Of a stretch of 64,000 bases of DNA, positions 12,114 to 25,069 are shown in pieces. Source of the stretch: Folioceros fuciformis (taxonomy: Eukaryota); the NCBI GenBank assembly GCA_049999805.1, contig JBNGIO010006316.1, positions 174,558-238,557 of the forward strand, in the 5' to 3' direction. Both the position numbers and the translations under genes were made by a program. Under the pieces are notes generated by a model. It was not told the origin of the DNA. It searched no databases and saw nothing but the letters and a program-made list of their open reading frames with translations. Numbering within the stretch: the stretch's first letter is position 1; every line of letters starts with the position of its first letter.

Positions 12114-15100
12114 TTAATTCGAGCAAGCTTCGCCTGTCGCACTGTTGGCGGCAAAGAAGTCCTGCAAGGCGATCATGTTGATAGGGCAGTTAATGAGCCC
12201 CTTCACAGCTTCTAGTGTTGCCAGTCCTCCTGCGATTGTGGTGATAGTAGGCACCTTGTAGGCCAGCGCGGACCTCCTCAACTGCCGTCCATCCTTCTGG
12301 TCGAGCGCATCACCAGAGCTGGTGATTATGACCAGCTGGATAAGCCCATTGGCAAGCAAGTCTCCTACATGAGGACGTCCTTCATGAAGTTTGAAGACCC
12401 TCTCCACCTGCACACCTGCACCCTTCAAGTGCCGGGCAGTCCCAACTGTGGAAAGAATTTTGAAGCCTAAATCCTGAAATCCTCGCGCTATAGGCACCGC
12501 CTGTACCTTAGTTTGGTCATTGATGCTGATGAACACAGTCCCAGACAGGGGCAACTTCTGATTAGCGGCTATTTGGGCTTTAGCAAAAGCCTTGTCAAAC
12601 CCATAATCAATTCCCATCACCTCCCCAGTGCTTCTCATTTCGGGTCCCAGAATGACATCACAACCTTGAAACTTGTCAAAAGGCAATACAGCTTCCTTCA
12701 CAGAGACGTGATTTGGAATAACTTCTTTTGTGTAATTAAGGTCCTCTATGGTCTTTCCTGTCATCACCAGTGCAGCATATTTTGCAAGGGGATGACCAAT
12801 GGCTTTCGAAACAAAAGGAACAGTCCTCGAAGCCCTGGGATTCGCTTCAATAATGTACACTTCCCCGTTAAGTGTGATGGCGTACTGGCAATTCATCAAA
12901 CCACAAACCCCCAATCTCTTGGCAAGCTTTACAGTTGCTTCACGGATAGTCTGTAACGCCTCTGGTGTGATTGTCTGTGTCGGAATGGAGCACGCAGAGT
13001 CCCCAGAGTGAATGCCTGCCTGCTCAATGTGCTCCATGATTCCTCCAATAACCACATTTCCAGCACTGTCCGCCAAACAATCCACATCAATTTCAGTTGC
13101 ATCTGTCAGGTACTTGTCAACAAGGACTGGCCTTTCCGGATCAACTTCCACCGCAGTTTCAAGATAGGTAGTTAACTTAGAGTCGGTATATACGATCTCC
13201 ATAGCGCGACCACCCAGGACGTACGATGGCCTCACCACAACAGGATAACCCACACGTTTTGCAATTGCCAGTGCATCCTCTTCGCTCCTTGCAATGCCCC
13301 CGGGGGGCTGATTGATTCCAAGCTCATTCAGAATAGATTCAAACCGCTTCCTATCCTCCGCAGCATCAATGGAGTCCGGACTGGTTCCCAAAATCCTCAC
13401 AATCCCATTGCCTGACGCTGCTGGTATGCTGTTCTTTTCCAGATACTCCTGGATAGGCACGGCAAGCTTCAAGGGCGTCTGACCACCGAACTGGACAATG
13501 ATACCATCGGGCCTCTCCAAATCAATGACATTCTGCACATCTTCAACCGTCAGAGGCTCAAAATACAGCCGATCACTGGTGTCGTAGTCTGTGGACACGG
13601 TCTCAGGATTTGAATTCATCATGATCGTCTCATATCCTGCGTCCTGAACAAGAGAAACGTGAAATTAACTATCAACAGGGGGAATACATCAACAGGACAT
13701 GATCCTCCCAAGCGCAACCAGAGAAAAAACATGACACGGCACAGATGGTGTAGAAGAAAAACCTGCAGAGAAAAGGAAGCATGACAGCAGCAGTAATCGA
13801 ATTCAATGCCTTGGCCGATTCGATTTGGCCCGCCTCCCAGAATGAGCACCTTCTTCTTGTCATTAGGTACTGATTCGCACTCATCATCATAGGAAGAATA
13901 CAAATACGGAGTGTCTGCTTCAAACTCTGCAGCGCAAGTATCAACCCTCTTGTATGCAGGCACAACACCGAGAGCTACCCGGTGCGCTCGAACCTCCTCC
14001 TCACATGAGCCAGTTGCAAAAGCTATTTGCTTATCACTGAAGCCCCGCCGCTTCACTTGCTTCAAATCCTCCTTGGTAAGAGACGTGAGATGGGTTCCAG
14101 TAAGGAAATTTTCCACCTTGAGAAGCTCCCCCAGCTGCGAGATGAACCAAGGATCGATGAAGCTCAAGTCATGAACCTCCTGCTCTGACAATCCCCGTTT
14201 CATAGCGGCATACAGCACAAAGACACGTTCGGGATTAGGAACCCTGAGGTTATATTTGATCTTCTCCAGGTCCCAGTTCAGCTCCTTGCTGTTCTCACAT
14301 CCCCAGCCACTGTGGCCAGTCTCCAAAGATCTGAGAGCCTTTTGGAAAGACTCCTGAAAAGTTCGCCCCATGGCCATGGCTTCACCCACAGACTTCATCT
14401 GGGTGGTCAAAACGGGTTCGGAGCCAGGGAATTTTTCGAAAGCAAAACGGGGTATCTGCAAGGAGGGAGGCGAGGAAAGTGATGACAATGTGAGCAGGTG
14501 CCGCTGAGAAGGAAGCCATCAAGAAAAGAAGAAAGGGGAGATGGGTGCTTGGTGCTCACCTTGGTGACTACGTAGTCGATGGACGGCTCAAAGCTAGCCG
14601 GCGTCTTCTTGGTGATGTCGTTGGGAATAAGATCCAAAGTGTAGCCCACGGAGAGCTTGGCTGCCATCTTGGCAATGGGGAAGCCAGTGGCCTTGGAAGC
14701 GAGAGCCGAGGAGCGTGACACTCTTGGGTTCATCTCGATGACCATTACCTCGCCGTCGGCCGGATTGACTGCAAATTGCACATTGGAGCCGCCGCACTCG
14801 ACGCCTACTTCCCGGATGATGGCCACTGCCTGATCCCGCAACCTCTGGTACTCCTTGTCGGTGAGAGTCTGCGCGGGGGCGACGGTGATGGAGTCGCCGG
14901 TATGCACGCCCATGGGGTCAATGTTCTCGATGGAGCAGATGATGACCACGTTGTCTGCCAGATCCCTCATAACCTCCAATTCATACTCCTTCCAGCCCAG
15001 TAGCGACTTCTCAATGAGTACCTGCGACGTGAGGCTGGCCGCCAGCCCGGACTTGCAAATGGCCTCGAACTCCTGCCTGTTGTAGGCAATCCCGCCCCCA

Positions 15101-15951
15101 GTGCCCCCGAGCGTGAAGGCAGGGCGGATAATGAGCGGGTAATCCCCAATACTCTCCGCAATTCGAAAGCAGTCGGCAAGCTGCGTGGCGATGCCGGAAG
15201 GTGGAGACTTGATCCCGATCCTGGCCATAGCTTCCTTGAAGAGGAGGCGGTCCTCCGCCATTCGGATGGCCTCAAGCTTAGCCCCGATGAGCTCCACGCC
15301 GTACTTGTCCAGCACACCGCCCTCAGCCAGCGCGACGGCCAAATTGAGCGCCGTCTGGCCGCCCATGGTGGGCAGCAAAGCGTCGGGCCTCTCCTTCTCC
15401 AGCACCTTCTCCACCAATTCCGGCGTCATGGGCGTGATGTAGGTCCGGTCCGCCAGGTCGGGGTCCGTCATGATGGTTGCCGGGTTGGAGTTGATGAGGA
15501 TGACCTGGTAGCCCTCCTCCTTGAGCGCCTTGCATGCCTGCGTGCCGGAGTAGTCGAATTCACAGGCCTGGCCGATGACGATGGGCCCGGCCCCGAGGAT
15601 GAGAATTTTCCTGATGTCCGTCCGCTTCCCCCGCGGCGACAGCGACGGGAGCGGGTGCTGCAGCGGCGGCGCCGGTCCCGCTCGCGCCTCCTTCTCCCCC
15701 GCCTTCTCCAGAATGCTGGTGCAGCGAATTCCCCAGGGCCGGCGCGACGGCAGCGACAGAGGCACGGCCAGCCGCGAGAGCGTGGAGCCGGACCCCGCAA
15801 TGCATGACAGCGAGGGCGGAAGCTTCCGCCGGAGGCGACGGCTGCAGCAGCTAATCTGAGAAGAAAAGGGAGGCTGCAGCAAAGAGCGCACGGGGCGCAG
15901 GGCAGACGGCTGCGCCACCAGGAGCTGGGACTGTAAAGAGCAGCACTCCAT
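12114..15951 (-). CDS. CARB: Carbamoyl-phosphate synthase large subunit, plastid-targeted (exons 15951-14560, 14455-13763, 13643-12114)
   Basis: Ser/Arg-rich transit peptide, then [94 protein letters not shown] and a C-terminal MGS domain. Two GT-AG introns restore the frame. Confidence 0.97.
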
Positions 15952-16529
15952 GGCCGCAGCGGCACCGTGAAGGCTCCTAGGAGAAAGGAGGAAAGGCAGC
16001 CGGGGCGGGTCGTGAGGGCGAAGAAGCCGCAGCAGGAAATGGCGGGAGAGCGAGCAGGTGACACGGTCATGCAGAGCTCGCTGAGCAAGCAGCCTGCCTT
16101 GGCGGGCTTGCGGAAGAGGAGAGCGTGGCAGGCGGCCGACGAGGATGTGTCCTACTGACGAGTGACTCACACAAAAGACGAGTCAAGTGGCAACGGGACG
16201 AGACGTCTCGTCTCGTCTCGCCCGCGCCTGTCCCCTTTAAGTGGAGTCGTAGTCTCGGCATCTAGGTCAAGAGCCAACTTCAAATCTCCCAATTCAAGCG
16301 GTCCTCAGGTCTCCGAGATGCCACACAACTCCAATACGTGAAACCTGAGCTGGAGGAATACAGCTGTATTATAATTATAGAAAACAAGGGGATAGACATC
16401 AGAAGGGGAAAGTCCATGAAGGCCACTAAACCCAGGGAGCATTAGCGTCACGATCACGTTTCGCAAAGTACCAGCAGGGCCCATTGCCTGCCATTACCAA
16501 GTGCCTTGAAGCCAAGAAGAGGGGGCGGC

Positions 16530-16745
16530 ACTTTGACAACCTCTTGATGAAGATCATGTAGCCATGGAACTGGCCTCCAAGGAATCCATTGGAAACACCT
16601 CTCAACGCAATGTGGAGCATGCTTACTTTCCTTAGTGTAAACCTCAACCTTGTGACAAGCTCTCGAGGAAGATCTTGTTGCCATGGAATTGGCCTCTAAG
16701 AATCCATTGAAAAGACCTCGGTCAGCACAATGTGGAGCATGCTTC
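16530..16745. repeat. Diverged tandem duplication, ~119-bp period
   Basis: GAAGATC-T--GCCATGGAA-TGGCCTC...AATCCATTG...CAATGTGGAGCATGCTT occurs twice (ccatggaa at ~16562 and ~16681). Confidence 0.75.
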
Positions 16746-17308
16746 CACTGTAATCTCTTCTGCTTCCAACAACTCCAAATGTTCTTCATTATGAATCAAT
16801 CATCTATGATTGTGAGACAAGAGAATGTGAGCCTCCATCAAGTCGTCTGTGTATGCTTCATAATCATTGGCAGGCAACAAAAAAAACCAAAGCAACATTA
16901 GCATTCATTGCAAGGCTTGTTCCTGTGTAGAAAAGATTCCTTTGAGAAGCTTGAAAGGAAAAGATGCCTTTGAACCTTGAAAGCATGCATGTACGACAAT
17001 GAAGGCCCAATAGAGGAACGCGAATCCGAAGGCTCCATCAAATTTTTGTTTTTCTTGTTTAATATATACACATGTAGAATCTAATGGACGCGACTCCCTT
17101 AGTAACCTCTAAATCAGTCCCGATTACGATTGCGGACTGTTCTTGGCCCTGGCTAGGGTTTGGGGTCATGCGAAACCACCTTACATTGTTCCAGCCAGGG
17201 CAGAGCGTCTCAGTTGGAGTCGGGACTGTGTGAGAGAGAGGACAGGTACCACCAGATGCAGAGGATTGGATCAGAGTGGGAGAGAGCGGCAGAGACGAGG
17301 CGGGAGCC

Positions 17309-18040
17309 ATGGACGTGGTGATTTTGTCTGGCCAGAGCAACATGGCTGGCCGGGGAGGTGTCCACGACGGCGTCTGGGACGGGCTTATGCCCGCAGAATG
17401 TGTCTCGAATCGGGAAGCCGTCAGCGTGCAGCGTCTCAGCGCCCTCCTGGAGTGGGAAGACGCGAAAGAGCCGCTGCACTGGGACATCGACACCAGCAAG
17501 CCATGCGGCGTGGGGCCAGGGATGGCGTTCGCTGCTTCGGTTGCGGATTCCAGTTCCGGGATGCGTCTGGGCCTGGTTCCCTGCGCCGTGGGAGGGACCG
17601 CCTTGGAGCAGTGGGAACGCGGGAAGGAGCTTTATTCCACCATGATCCGGCGCGGGCAGGCTGCAGCTCAGGGAGGGCGCAACCGTATCAAGGCGATGCT
17701 ATGGTATCAGGGGGAGAGTGACACTCTCCTGCCCGAGGCTGTCCCGCTGTTTCGAAGCCGTTTGGAGACACTGATTGCTGATGTGAGGGCGGATCTCGGA
17801 GTGCCCGACCTTCCTGTCATCCAGGTCGGCATCACCGTCGTGTCGCATCCCTTTCCGGCATTGCTGGAGCAAGTACGGGAGGCCCAGCGTGCCGTCAATT
17901 CTCTGCCCGGGGTGTACTATGTAGATGCCCTGGGGCTGCCGCTGAAGGCCGACGGCGTACATCTCACTACTGGTGCGCAGGTTCAGCTGGGGCAGATGTT
18001 GGCGGCTGTGTATAATGATAAATGCTCAAGCCGGGAATGA
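17309..18040 (+). CDS. SGNH-fold carbohydrate esterase (SASA/DUF303, At4g34215-like), intronless
   Basis: ILSGQSNMAGRGG (Ser nucleophile), EPLHWDID, GVGPGMAFA, GLVPCAVGGT, LWYQGESD and DGVHLT (DxxH). First ATG at 17309. Confidence 0.93.
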   Translation: MDVVILSGQSNMAGRGGVHDGVWDGLMPAECVSNREAVSVQRLSALLEWEDAKEPLHWDIDTSKPCGVGPGMAFAASVADSSSGMRLGLVPCAVGGTALEQWERGKELYSTMIRRGQAAAQGGRNRIKAMLWYQGESDTLLPEAVPLFRSRLETLIADVRADLGVPDLPVIQVGITVVSHPFPALLEQVREAQRAVNSLPGVYYVDALGLPLKADGVHLTTGAQVQLGQMLAAVYNDKCSSRE

Positions 18041-18071
18041 GTCCCGGATGAAAGTTTCTCAATCCACTGCC

Positions 18072-21035
18072 CTAAACGTCCTTAGCTGGGAACACCAGTG
18101 CCTCTATCTCCTCCAGTGACTTGCCTTTGGTTTCGACGATGAAGGTGTTCGTGAAAGCGACGGACAGGAGGGACACCGCCCCGAAGCTCGCGTACACCCA
18201 GTTTAGGCCGAATTTTGCCACCAGCTCAAGGAACGAGAGCCCGATGCCAAAGTTACAAATCTGGAAGTTTGACAGGAATCCTCGCGTCAATCACAGTCGG
18301 GAACCAGGCAGGTCGTGAGCTCGGAACCACAACACGCAACAATAACACAGCCAACCGCGTCATCCAAGTCAGGGTGCCCTCACCCAGTGCACACACAGGC
18401 TGACCGCCAGCACCTTGGCACGGCTTCTCGTGTCGCAAAGCTCTGGAATGATGAGTGCTGTCACTGGACCTGCCCCCAAAGCGAAAGTGAACACGTATCT
18501 GCAAATCAACACGAAGAACACAAAGTAAGTAAACAACAAGCCTTGAATCCTTCAACCTCCCAATAGCAAAAGCCGATTATGATAACGTCACAAATCATGT
18601 ACCCCGCCCTCCGCTTACGTCAGTGTGCCCAAAATGGATAGAGCGTGGCCGTACTGGACACCTACAGGAGCCTCCATCGCCAACACCAAAACGCCGATGG
18701 ATACTGCCTGGAAGGAAATGCCCCACGTATGTAAACGATGGATACACCCCTGTTGTCTCGTCAGCATGACCTAGCAAACCAAGGTCAAACCAAGGTGCAA
18801 AACGCAAACACCTCCAGCACCCACACAGACTGCGGCACTGTCCTCATACCCACCATGCCCAAATAGCTACTTTGAAGCAGATTCCGTCTCCCCTGTGTGT
18901 CCATCAAAGAGAGAGCCATCATCGCCCCTGCTAAACTTAACTAGTGAGAATTGTAAACAATCCTTGCTTGCAGTTCCCCCTGCTTCCTTACTTGACACTC
19001 TGTTCCAAACTACTGACATGTAACAAGCACACACCTGCAAGGTTCGCCACACCCACGGCTGCACTTGCAATCATTCCATTGTGAATGCCCGCATTTTGAA
19101 ATGTGAGGGAGGAAAAGTACAGAATGCCATTGATGCCTGCAAATTGTTGGAGAGCAAACAGGGAACCTCCGATCACCACGACTGCAGCCACAATAATTCA
19201 AGCCATGACTTCATTAGAATGATGGGCTTGTGTCATACCGTAAAACAAACATTCGGCTTTTCACACCCACGCCTCGTCTTGCACTACTCTCCTCATACAT
19301 GCAAGGGTGTTAACACAAAACGGCAGCTACCCTCCTTTTTCTTCTAGGATATAATACGTTTTAAGTATCTTCCCGACAGTAGTTCAGACCACGAGGCTTC
19401 CTCCTCTGCTCCTTCCTGCCCATCTGTCAAGTCTACCATCGCTGCCTCTACCTGAGACGTACCCCAAAGCCTCTCCACTACCGTTCTTGCATCATCCAGT
19501 CTGCCGACCTGCACACCGAGCATTGCCAGTAACCACTTAACCGCTCCGGAACAGACGAACTATTGCCAAGCCATATTGCTCCACACAACCTTTTTTCGAC
19601 ATGACAGCATCTCACCAATTGCCGTACTCACTTTCACAAGCCAACGAGGACTCTCTGCAGCATATTGCATCCCAGCAATGAGGAAGAAACTTGGGAACGT
19701 TCCTATCCAAAACATTGTCCTCCACCTGAGTGAACGCAAATAAACAGCGCCTCAGTGTGTTTGGTATTGGACTGGAAGCAACGAACGTCACCTGGCAGTC
19801 TGGAACAAGAACAGGCTTCGTTACCAATGAGGATCTGTCTTTGCAGGGATGCCTATCAGTAAAGCAGATATGATCCCGACACAGGTGCCAACCTGACACA
19901 AGCTCCCAAGAGCTCCTCTGTATTTCGTCGGTGAAACCTGCAAATCATGCCACCATTTCAGAAAGAACTCTACATCTGATTGAGAACCTGGAGCAAGTCC
20001 GATATCCAAGTAACAGCGCAGACACTACATACCTCAGAAATGTAAAGCGGCACTAGGCCCGTGTTCACGCCGATGCCTAGTCCCACCAGGAACCGACCAA
20101 GTAACATCCCATCGATAGCCTGAGCCCCGGCACTGTCACACAAAGCAAAATCATCACACAGAATTTCTGCACAAAATGGTGACTAGGTACTGTTCCAATG
20201 TCAAGATGCCAACCTGATGGAAGCGCCAAGAATGAGCGGAACAGCAACTAATTGGAAAGTTCTTCGACGACCGATTCGGTCGGTGAGAATGCCGCCTGCA
20301 ATGCTGCCCGCAAATGCGCCTACCACCAATACGCTTACAACAAGTCCTTGCAGAATGTTGTCCTCGCCAAACTGCAACTCCTTAGCGATAGAATCCAATG
20401 GCCCATTGAGAATTCTGCACTAGCAGTAACAACCACAGGACTGGTGAGGCATACCAGCAATAACCAGGCAAAGGATACACCGGTGCACAGTACAAGTGAT
20501 CAATGTGCTCATGTTGGCGTAGCAGGGTTCACACACCCGATATGATACCCGAACATGAAATTGGCCGTGGCTGCAGTGAGCGCGTGAGGAAGGGCCGGTA
20601 ACCAGGCCGGCAAGGTGTTGTGCAGGTCCTGTTTCAGCTCCTTAGTGTTGGCCTCAGTCCGGTCTCCTGCCGAGACAAGAAACCAAGAAAAACACTGGAC
20701 GATTGTCAGACTGTCCGTCCGCAACAACCATTGCGGCCTGGAATGCAAAGACGGCCTGCATGCACGGTGTAGAGGTAACGACCGGTACCACCTGCATCAT
20801 CAGTGGCCCTACAGGGCACGCAGCTGGTAATCCTGGAACGCCGTCCGGCCGGCCGGAGTCGCAAGAACGAGCTGCACAGTGAATTCTGCGCATAGATGGA
20901 TCCATCCCAGCCCGCGCGGATGCGGATGCGGTCATCCTGTCTGCTTTGTCCAGGCGTGTCAGTCGCCAGGAGAAACGTCCGAATCAAGGCCGGCTGTTGC
21001 ACTTGCAGGTGCGCGCCAACCATCGGCATTGACAT
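18072..21035 (-). CDS. MFS sugar porter, probable plastidic glucose transporter (pGlcT-like); multi-exon
   Basis: Transit-peptide-like exon 1, then FMFGYHIG, DRIGRRRT, LYISEVSPTKYRGALGS, AESPRWL, LQQFAGINGILYFSS, FALGAGPVT and VETKGKSLEEIE. GT-AG junctions fit the frame. Confidence 0.92.
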
Positions 21036-21569
21036 CGCACCAGCAGGGCCGCCAACAACACTGTACAGCGCTCAGGACGGGAACGCATTGCCTCCATACC
21101 AACGACACAGGAACGTCGCAGGTGGCGAGGGATCGTACGCCACCTACCATGCCACGCGTTGATCGGTCTCCGTAGCCAACATAGATTCGGAAACATTAAG
21201 CCCTGCAATCACAATTATCAAGATTAACGAAGCATCAAGATAGCAAACAGATGCAAGCATTTGTACGACTCAAGGGCTCTTCACATAGGAACCCGGCGTT
21301 CTGCGTAGGCTCACCGTAAAGAACGGGCACATTCCGCCTTTTTCGATCCTTTGGTTGCCGTACTGCGCAGCAAGTCCCGGGACCGGGTGGTGGCCGAGCC
21401 GTGGTCCCATGACCCGCGATTTTATGATCTTAAGAATTTATTATAAAAATAGCGTCTCCTCGTTTTCTCGATGATACATAGCCTCGTCTCTCTTGTCCTC
21501 TTCATTTTTGTTTGTATGCCTTGCTGCTTCTTTTACGTCCCCTCTTGTGAGCGGGTGCCTAAGCATGCT

Positions 21570-22338
21570 ACCTCTACAACTTGAGCTTGGAGTTGCCATG
21601 GTCTTGCACTTGCATGAGCTGATTACTAGCATCCAAGGAAGTTGGCTTCAAAGTTCATCAGCACGCCAAGTAGCCAAAGACAAATAGCATGTGCAAATAA
21701 GGTTTTTGCAGTTACAGGAATTCCAAATATAGTAGGTGCAATCGATGGTCACATATCAAATTAGCTGCTAAGCCTACTAACAAGTACACTTTAGCTGCGT
21801 ATTGGTCACGCCATAATATGCACAGTGTTATTCTTCAAGAAGTTTGTGACTATAATCAAATTTTTTTGGATGTAAGTTGCATGCTCCATGAGGCTTCCAT
21901 GACTCTACTATGCTCCAGAAGAGTAGTGTGTGGGCCAGATTGCATCGACATGATATTTTGACAGAGCCAACAATATTGATCAGGAACACTAATATTTGGC
22001 CTTTTATTGTTGGTGATAGTGCTTATCCAATTATGCCTTTTCTTATCAAGCCATATGATACACCATGCTCATCAGACAAGCGAAGGTTCAATAGAAATCT
22101 TTGCAAAGGAAGGGTGAAAATTGAAAATACATTTGCAAATTTGAAAAACATGTGGCGTATTTCAAGGGACATAAACGTGGCTCTTCCTTATGTTGCGCAA
22201 ACTGTAGTAGCTTGCACAATGTTACATAATTTTTGCATCATGTACAGGGAGCCTGATGTGGCTAATGTATGGGAAAATCTAAACCCTTATCCTATGCAAC
22301 ATCAACCTTTTTATTTAGAGAATGCCATAGAGGAGTAA
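21570..22338 (+). pseudogene. HARBI1-like DDE transposase, frameshifted and 5'-deleted
   Basis: LQLELGVAMVL...GIPNIVGAIDG(fs)HIKL...YWSRHNMHSVILQEVCD...(fs)HDSTMLQKS...IVGDSAYP...FNRNLCKGRVKIENTFANLKNMWR...ACTMLHNF. Confidence 0.88.
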
Positions 22339-22844
22339 TTTCAATGAGTGGGCATCGAACAAAGACAAGCATTGTTGGAGTTTTGGGTTACAATAAATCG
22401 TGGCTAGGTTGTACAGAATTGATGAAGGCATATACAAAGTTATTGTATGTTGGGTACTTGTAGGGCTATTGTTTGTTACACTAAATGTGAAGTCATCTTG
22501 CTCACTTAGAATGACACATAAAAAAACAATGAGCTCTACAAACTCAAAAACAAATATGAAAAATCACTTCTCATCATCAAAGTTTGAAGTAGGCCTACTC
22601 CGTTTTGTTCGTGCTCGAGAACTAGCAAACAATTTTGCTATTTTAATTGGACTTTGGCTTGCATTTATTGACGTTGTAAGTCATGAAGAACTCTAGCATG
22701 TTTCACACTCTGCATGAACTCAAGTCTTTGTCTCTCCAACTCCTATGCATGAAGCAACTTAGCTTCCTCAATCTACACATAACTTTGAGCAACACGAAAA
22801 TCTGACTTGTCATTAAAGGATAACTTCCTGATCTTTCCTTCGCC

Positions 22845-23452
22845 CTAACTTCCTTGTGCAGACACCCTAGCAAGCTTCTCTATTTGTGATAGAGGAGTAT
22901 CTAGCGTCATTTGCCCATCATCGGTACAAGAATATGTAGTTGGCCCTGAGGATGGAACTAAAGTTGGTGTGATGTTCTTGCCACCAAGTTTGGCTAGGGA
23001 GGTTGCAGTATCTTGGTTGAGGTCTTCATCCTCAAGGTTGATGACATGTAGAATGGTTGGGTCGTCATAAACTGCAGAAGTACCATCAACTGCAAAAATC
23101 CCCACATCAATTGGACCTGCCAAGTTCAATTGATGTGGCATTCCAGTGGAATGCGACAAAACTTAAGATTTGTGCCCAAGAAGGAGTCCATTTGCTCAAA
23201 GAAAGGCCAAGATCTTGATGTTCCCCCTATTGCGTGCTTCACCTTTTCTCCCTCTTGCTTATATTTCTTCTTCAGTGCCTTTACCTTCTGCTTACATCGC
23301 TTCCAACGAACACTCCAAGTGCAATACGGGGAAACCAAGCTACAAATTTCCTGCCAATGCTTTACCTTTAGATTTCCTTTGTTGACGTGAAAATACTTCG
23401 TTTGATATAGCGTGATCAACCTCTCTGTCCCTTCATCTGTCCAGGTCGCCAT
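22845..23452 (-). pseudogene. Harbinger Myb/SANT-like (trihelix-type) DNA-binding protein, frameshifted
   Basis: WTDEGTERLITLYQ...KHWQEIC...RCKQKVKALKKKYK...SWPFFEQMDSFLG; continues in another frame (22845-23159). Confidence 0.82.
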
Positions 23453-23504
23453 TTCTTAACCAACTAAACGGCTGCAATGGTGAAGGTGCCCTCGAGGAAA
23501 GTAA

Positions 23505-23790
23505 GAAACTGAGCGTGGCATGTCGTAAGCTGAGCGTGGCAAATCCGAAGCTGAGTGTGGCAAGTCGGAAGTTGAGTGTGGGATAGCGGAGACCAAGTCC
23601 AAAGTTGAGTGCAGGAGAGCGGAGACTAAGTCGAAATCTGAGCGTGGCAGGTTGGAATTTGAGCACAAGAGAGTGGAGACCAAGTTGGAAGTTGACCGTG
23701 GCAAGTCAGAAGTTGAGCGCGGGAGAGTGGAGACCGAACATGGCAGGGCACAGGCATAGCGTGGCAAGTCAAAATGTGGAAAGTCCAAAA
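23505..23790. repeat. Composite minisatellite of 21-bp (AAGYTGAGCGTGGCAAGTCGG) and 33-bp units
   Basis: About 10 interleaved copies read directly; unit lengths are multiples of 3. Confidence 0.85.
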
Positions 23791-25069
23791 CGGAGCGGGG
23801 TAGGTCAGCCATGGCTTCCTAGGGCACAAAATAAGCCAGTACGAGGCATGCAAGGCAGCTGGAAGATCAAGAGGGAAGGGTGAGAGCTATCAAGTATGTA
23901 ATCTACCATAAAACATCAACATCCCGGGCGATAAAATACACCCAGGATGGAGCACGGGTACAGACACCATGGTATGGAGACATTGCGACTGCGGGGTGTG
24001 GCTGGAGTCGCAGTAATGAGCGTAGGCTGGCAGGATGTTAGCTTTCTTTAGGTGAGCCCGACGAGTAGGAAAGCTGCCGCAAATCATTCTGCAGTCTGAA
24101 TTTCTTATGTGAACAGGCCATCACTCTCATAGGTTTGCAAACGGGCCATGGTTCCAAGATATGGATCCCATGACTTTCACATATGATGGGCCATGGTGCC
24201 TTTCCTTCCGCAGCTAGTAATAGTTTAAAATAAGTTTGAACTTACACCCGCTAGGACTGGCTAGGGATGTGAGATGTGCTTACCTATATATTTTTTAGTT
24301 TTGACACTCTTGAAATAATATTGAAGATATTCTTAATAGCCACCTATTCAGTTTTCAGCTATGAACTAGATTTTTAAAACTGAATGGCTGTGTTCAATAA
24401 TAGAGCTAAGGTCAAAGTCCATCAACTGGTATTTAAGCAGGTAGATGTTGTGACATAAACAGATGTAGTCATGGCCTAATTGGTCGAGCTAAGAGAGACG
24501 TTTAGTTGGGTGTCTGAAAGTGCTCGTGGGGTTGATGAAGGTGAAGGGATTCAACCAAAGCTCAAGCTAAGCAACCTTATAATCATTCACTTAGAATAGT
24601 GGGTTGCACATGATGGGGTGGAAGTTGGAGATTGAGATTGGCAAAGTAGTTGTGCTTTTGGTTTGGCATCAAATGGGTAGTCATTCATCCTCTTTCCATG
24701 GAAGGGCCTCACTAAAGAACCCAAGGAAGGCAGAAACAAACTTTTGTTCCTAATAAATGTGTCCTGCAACATTTGTGTAAAAACAAAGGAAGAGAAATCC
24801 TACACTTATGGAGTGATCTATGTGTAGGTCGACTAAACCCTTGCATCTCCAAAACATTAGCAGCCTCCACTTCTATAACACATTATTTGATAGTCATCCT
24901 CAACTTCTACAGATTTACCTTTAAGGTCTCCACCATGTGAAGGTTGCCATGCAGCTTGCAGATTGCATCTACTAGCTTTTGCGTCATGTTTCTACCATCG
25001 CAACCTCCTCTCCTACTACGCTACATCCTACAGCGGCTACGCTCAACCATCGATGGCTTGGTCAGCGAC

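Larger units (their letters stand above)
21560..23812. mobile_element. Decayed PIF/Harbinger DNA transposon: DDE nuclease (+) and Myb/SANT ORF (-), convergent
   Basis: The two-ORF arrangement is diagnostic of Harbinger. Both ORFs are disabled. TIRs and TSD were not resolved, so the boundaries are approximate. Confidence 0.85.

Noticed and set aside
14594..16088. Many overlapping and antisense ORFs in GC-rich exons (also 17.0-18.0, 33-35.8 and 49.6-51 kb)
   Set aside because: Expected from stop-codon scarcity at high GC; they shadow well-supported genes.
15952..16170. N-terminal extension of the CARB ORF in the ORF track
   Set aside because: It starts at a non-ATG codon. The ATG at 15951 has good context and begins a typical transit peptide.
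17309..18040. Intronless GC-rich esterase as a horizontal transfer
   Set aside because: Its motifs fit the widespread plant At4g34215-like family, and native neighbours have equally GC-rich, intron-poor exons.
21440..23910. Possible Harbinger TIRs at ~21470-21505 and ~23860-23900
   Set aside because: Only weak low-complexity purine/pyrimidine similarity; no convincing inverted repeat or TAA/TTA target-site duplication.
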